Shown in pieces: positions 63,163-64,000 of a stretch of DNA of 64,000 bases (the first letter of the stretch is position 1; every line of letters starts with the position of its first letter). This stretch comes from Azolla caroliniana (lineage: Eukaryota; Plantae; Polypodiophyta), in the NCBI GenBank assembly GCA_043228905.1, contig JBHGNT010000022.1:9610001-9674000 (forward strand), written 5' to 3'. The notes under the pieces were generated by a model that saw only the letters and a list, made by a program, of their open reading frames with translations, was not told where the DNA came from and did not search any database. The translations under genes and the position numbers were made by a program.

Positions 63163-64000
63163 ATGGTTTCTTAGATTTTGCCTATCACACATGTACAGAG
63201 CGATAGAGAGAAACTTTAGATATTAGATTACATTTCCTTCCTTAGTACCAAAAAAAACATTTTCATCTAGTGTTTGTAGTAACAGTCATGAAAGAGCGAT
63301 TTTCATGTAGAGCCTCTACTTGAGGTCCCAAAGAAAGCATTCTCAGGTAGTGTTTGTAACTTTAATTGTAAGTATTGATGATCCTTTGTAGTTTCTGTAA
63401 GTTGAGTATGTATTCCAAATTTGGGGCCAACATTCTATGGTTCGAAAAATGGGTTCTGAAGGCTGAGACCTTGGAAGAGGAATTCATTAATGTAGGGAAT
63501 CCATACTCTTTGCATATGCCATCTTCCTTGATGGATTTTACTACTTTAGACATCTTAATTTGTTATGTTCACGGAATTTTAAGTTACTAGCATTCTAAAA
63601 GAAAAACACAAAGCTTTCATATTCTAGTTCGGCATACCATAAAACTAGGATGCTATAAGTATAATGATAAGTGGTTAGAAATTTTGCTTTTTGCCAAAAG
63701 AGAAAGTGTGCATTGGTTGATGGACTTAAAATTGTGAACAATCTTACATGGTATTAAGAGTTGTAGGTTTACCGTTTCCTCATGTATAAACCCAACAAAA
63801 GTTTTAATCATGAGACACGGTTGGTGGTGGAACATGACTCTTAGTCTCTTAGATGTAATCATATTGTTATGTTTCATGATCATTAAAATATAGTATTGTC
63901 AATCACAAAACTATAACCATCATGGCATGTGAATGGTAAATCATAATAATTATTGATTCACTTAAACTAAGAAACAAAATAGTGCTCAAATCTACAATGA

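Overview
Eukaryotic land-plant nuclear DNA (spliceosomal introns, plant-type genes; probably a fern or other seed-free plant, which is inference). Four host genes: (1) a ~1,270-aa low-complexity protein of unknown function on the minus strand (2158-9632); (2) UAP56/DDX39 DECD-box RNA helicase (50637-54374); (3) a PaaI/ACOT13-like hotdog thioesterase (55994-58240); (4) an ALMT malate/anion channel (59831-63162). Between genes 1 and 2 lies a ~35-kb retrotransposon nest (11.2-46.4 kb) that can be resolved by LTR ends, PBS, PPT and target-site duplications (TSDs). One stack is five deep: Copia A < Gypsy B < solo LTR D < Copia C < intact Copia H. A second stack is LINE < Gypsy F < Gypsy E < (Copia G and a solo LTR). 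The most notable signal is the Gypsy family of E/F/D. It has a tRNA-Trp PBS and 4-bp TSDs centred on CG. It also has a predicted -1 ribosomal frameshift cassette (G_GAU_UUU, 6-nt spacer, H-type pseudoknot) between protease and RT. All calls were made by eye, without database searches.
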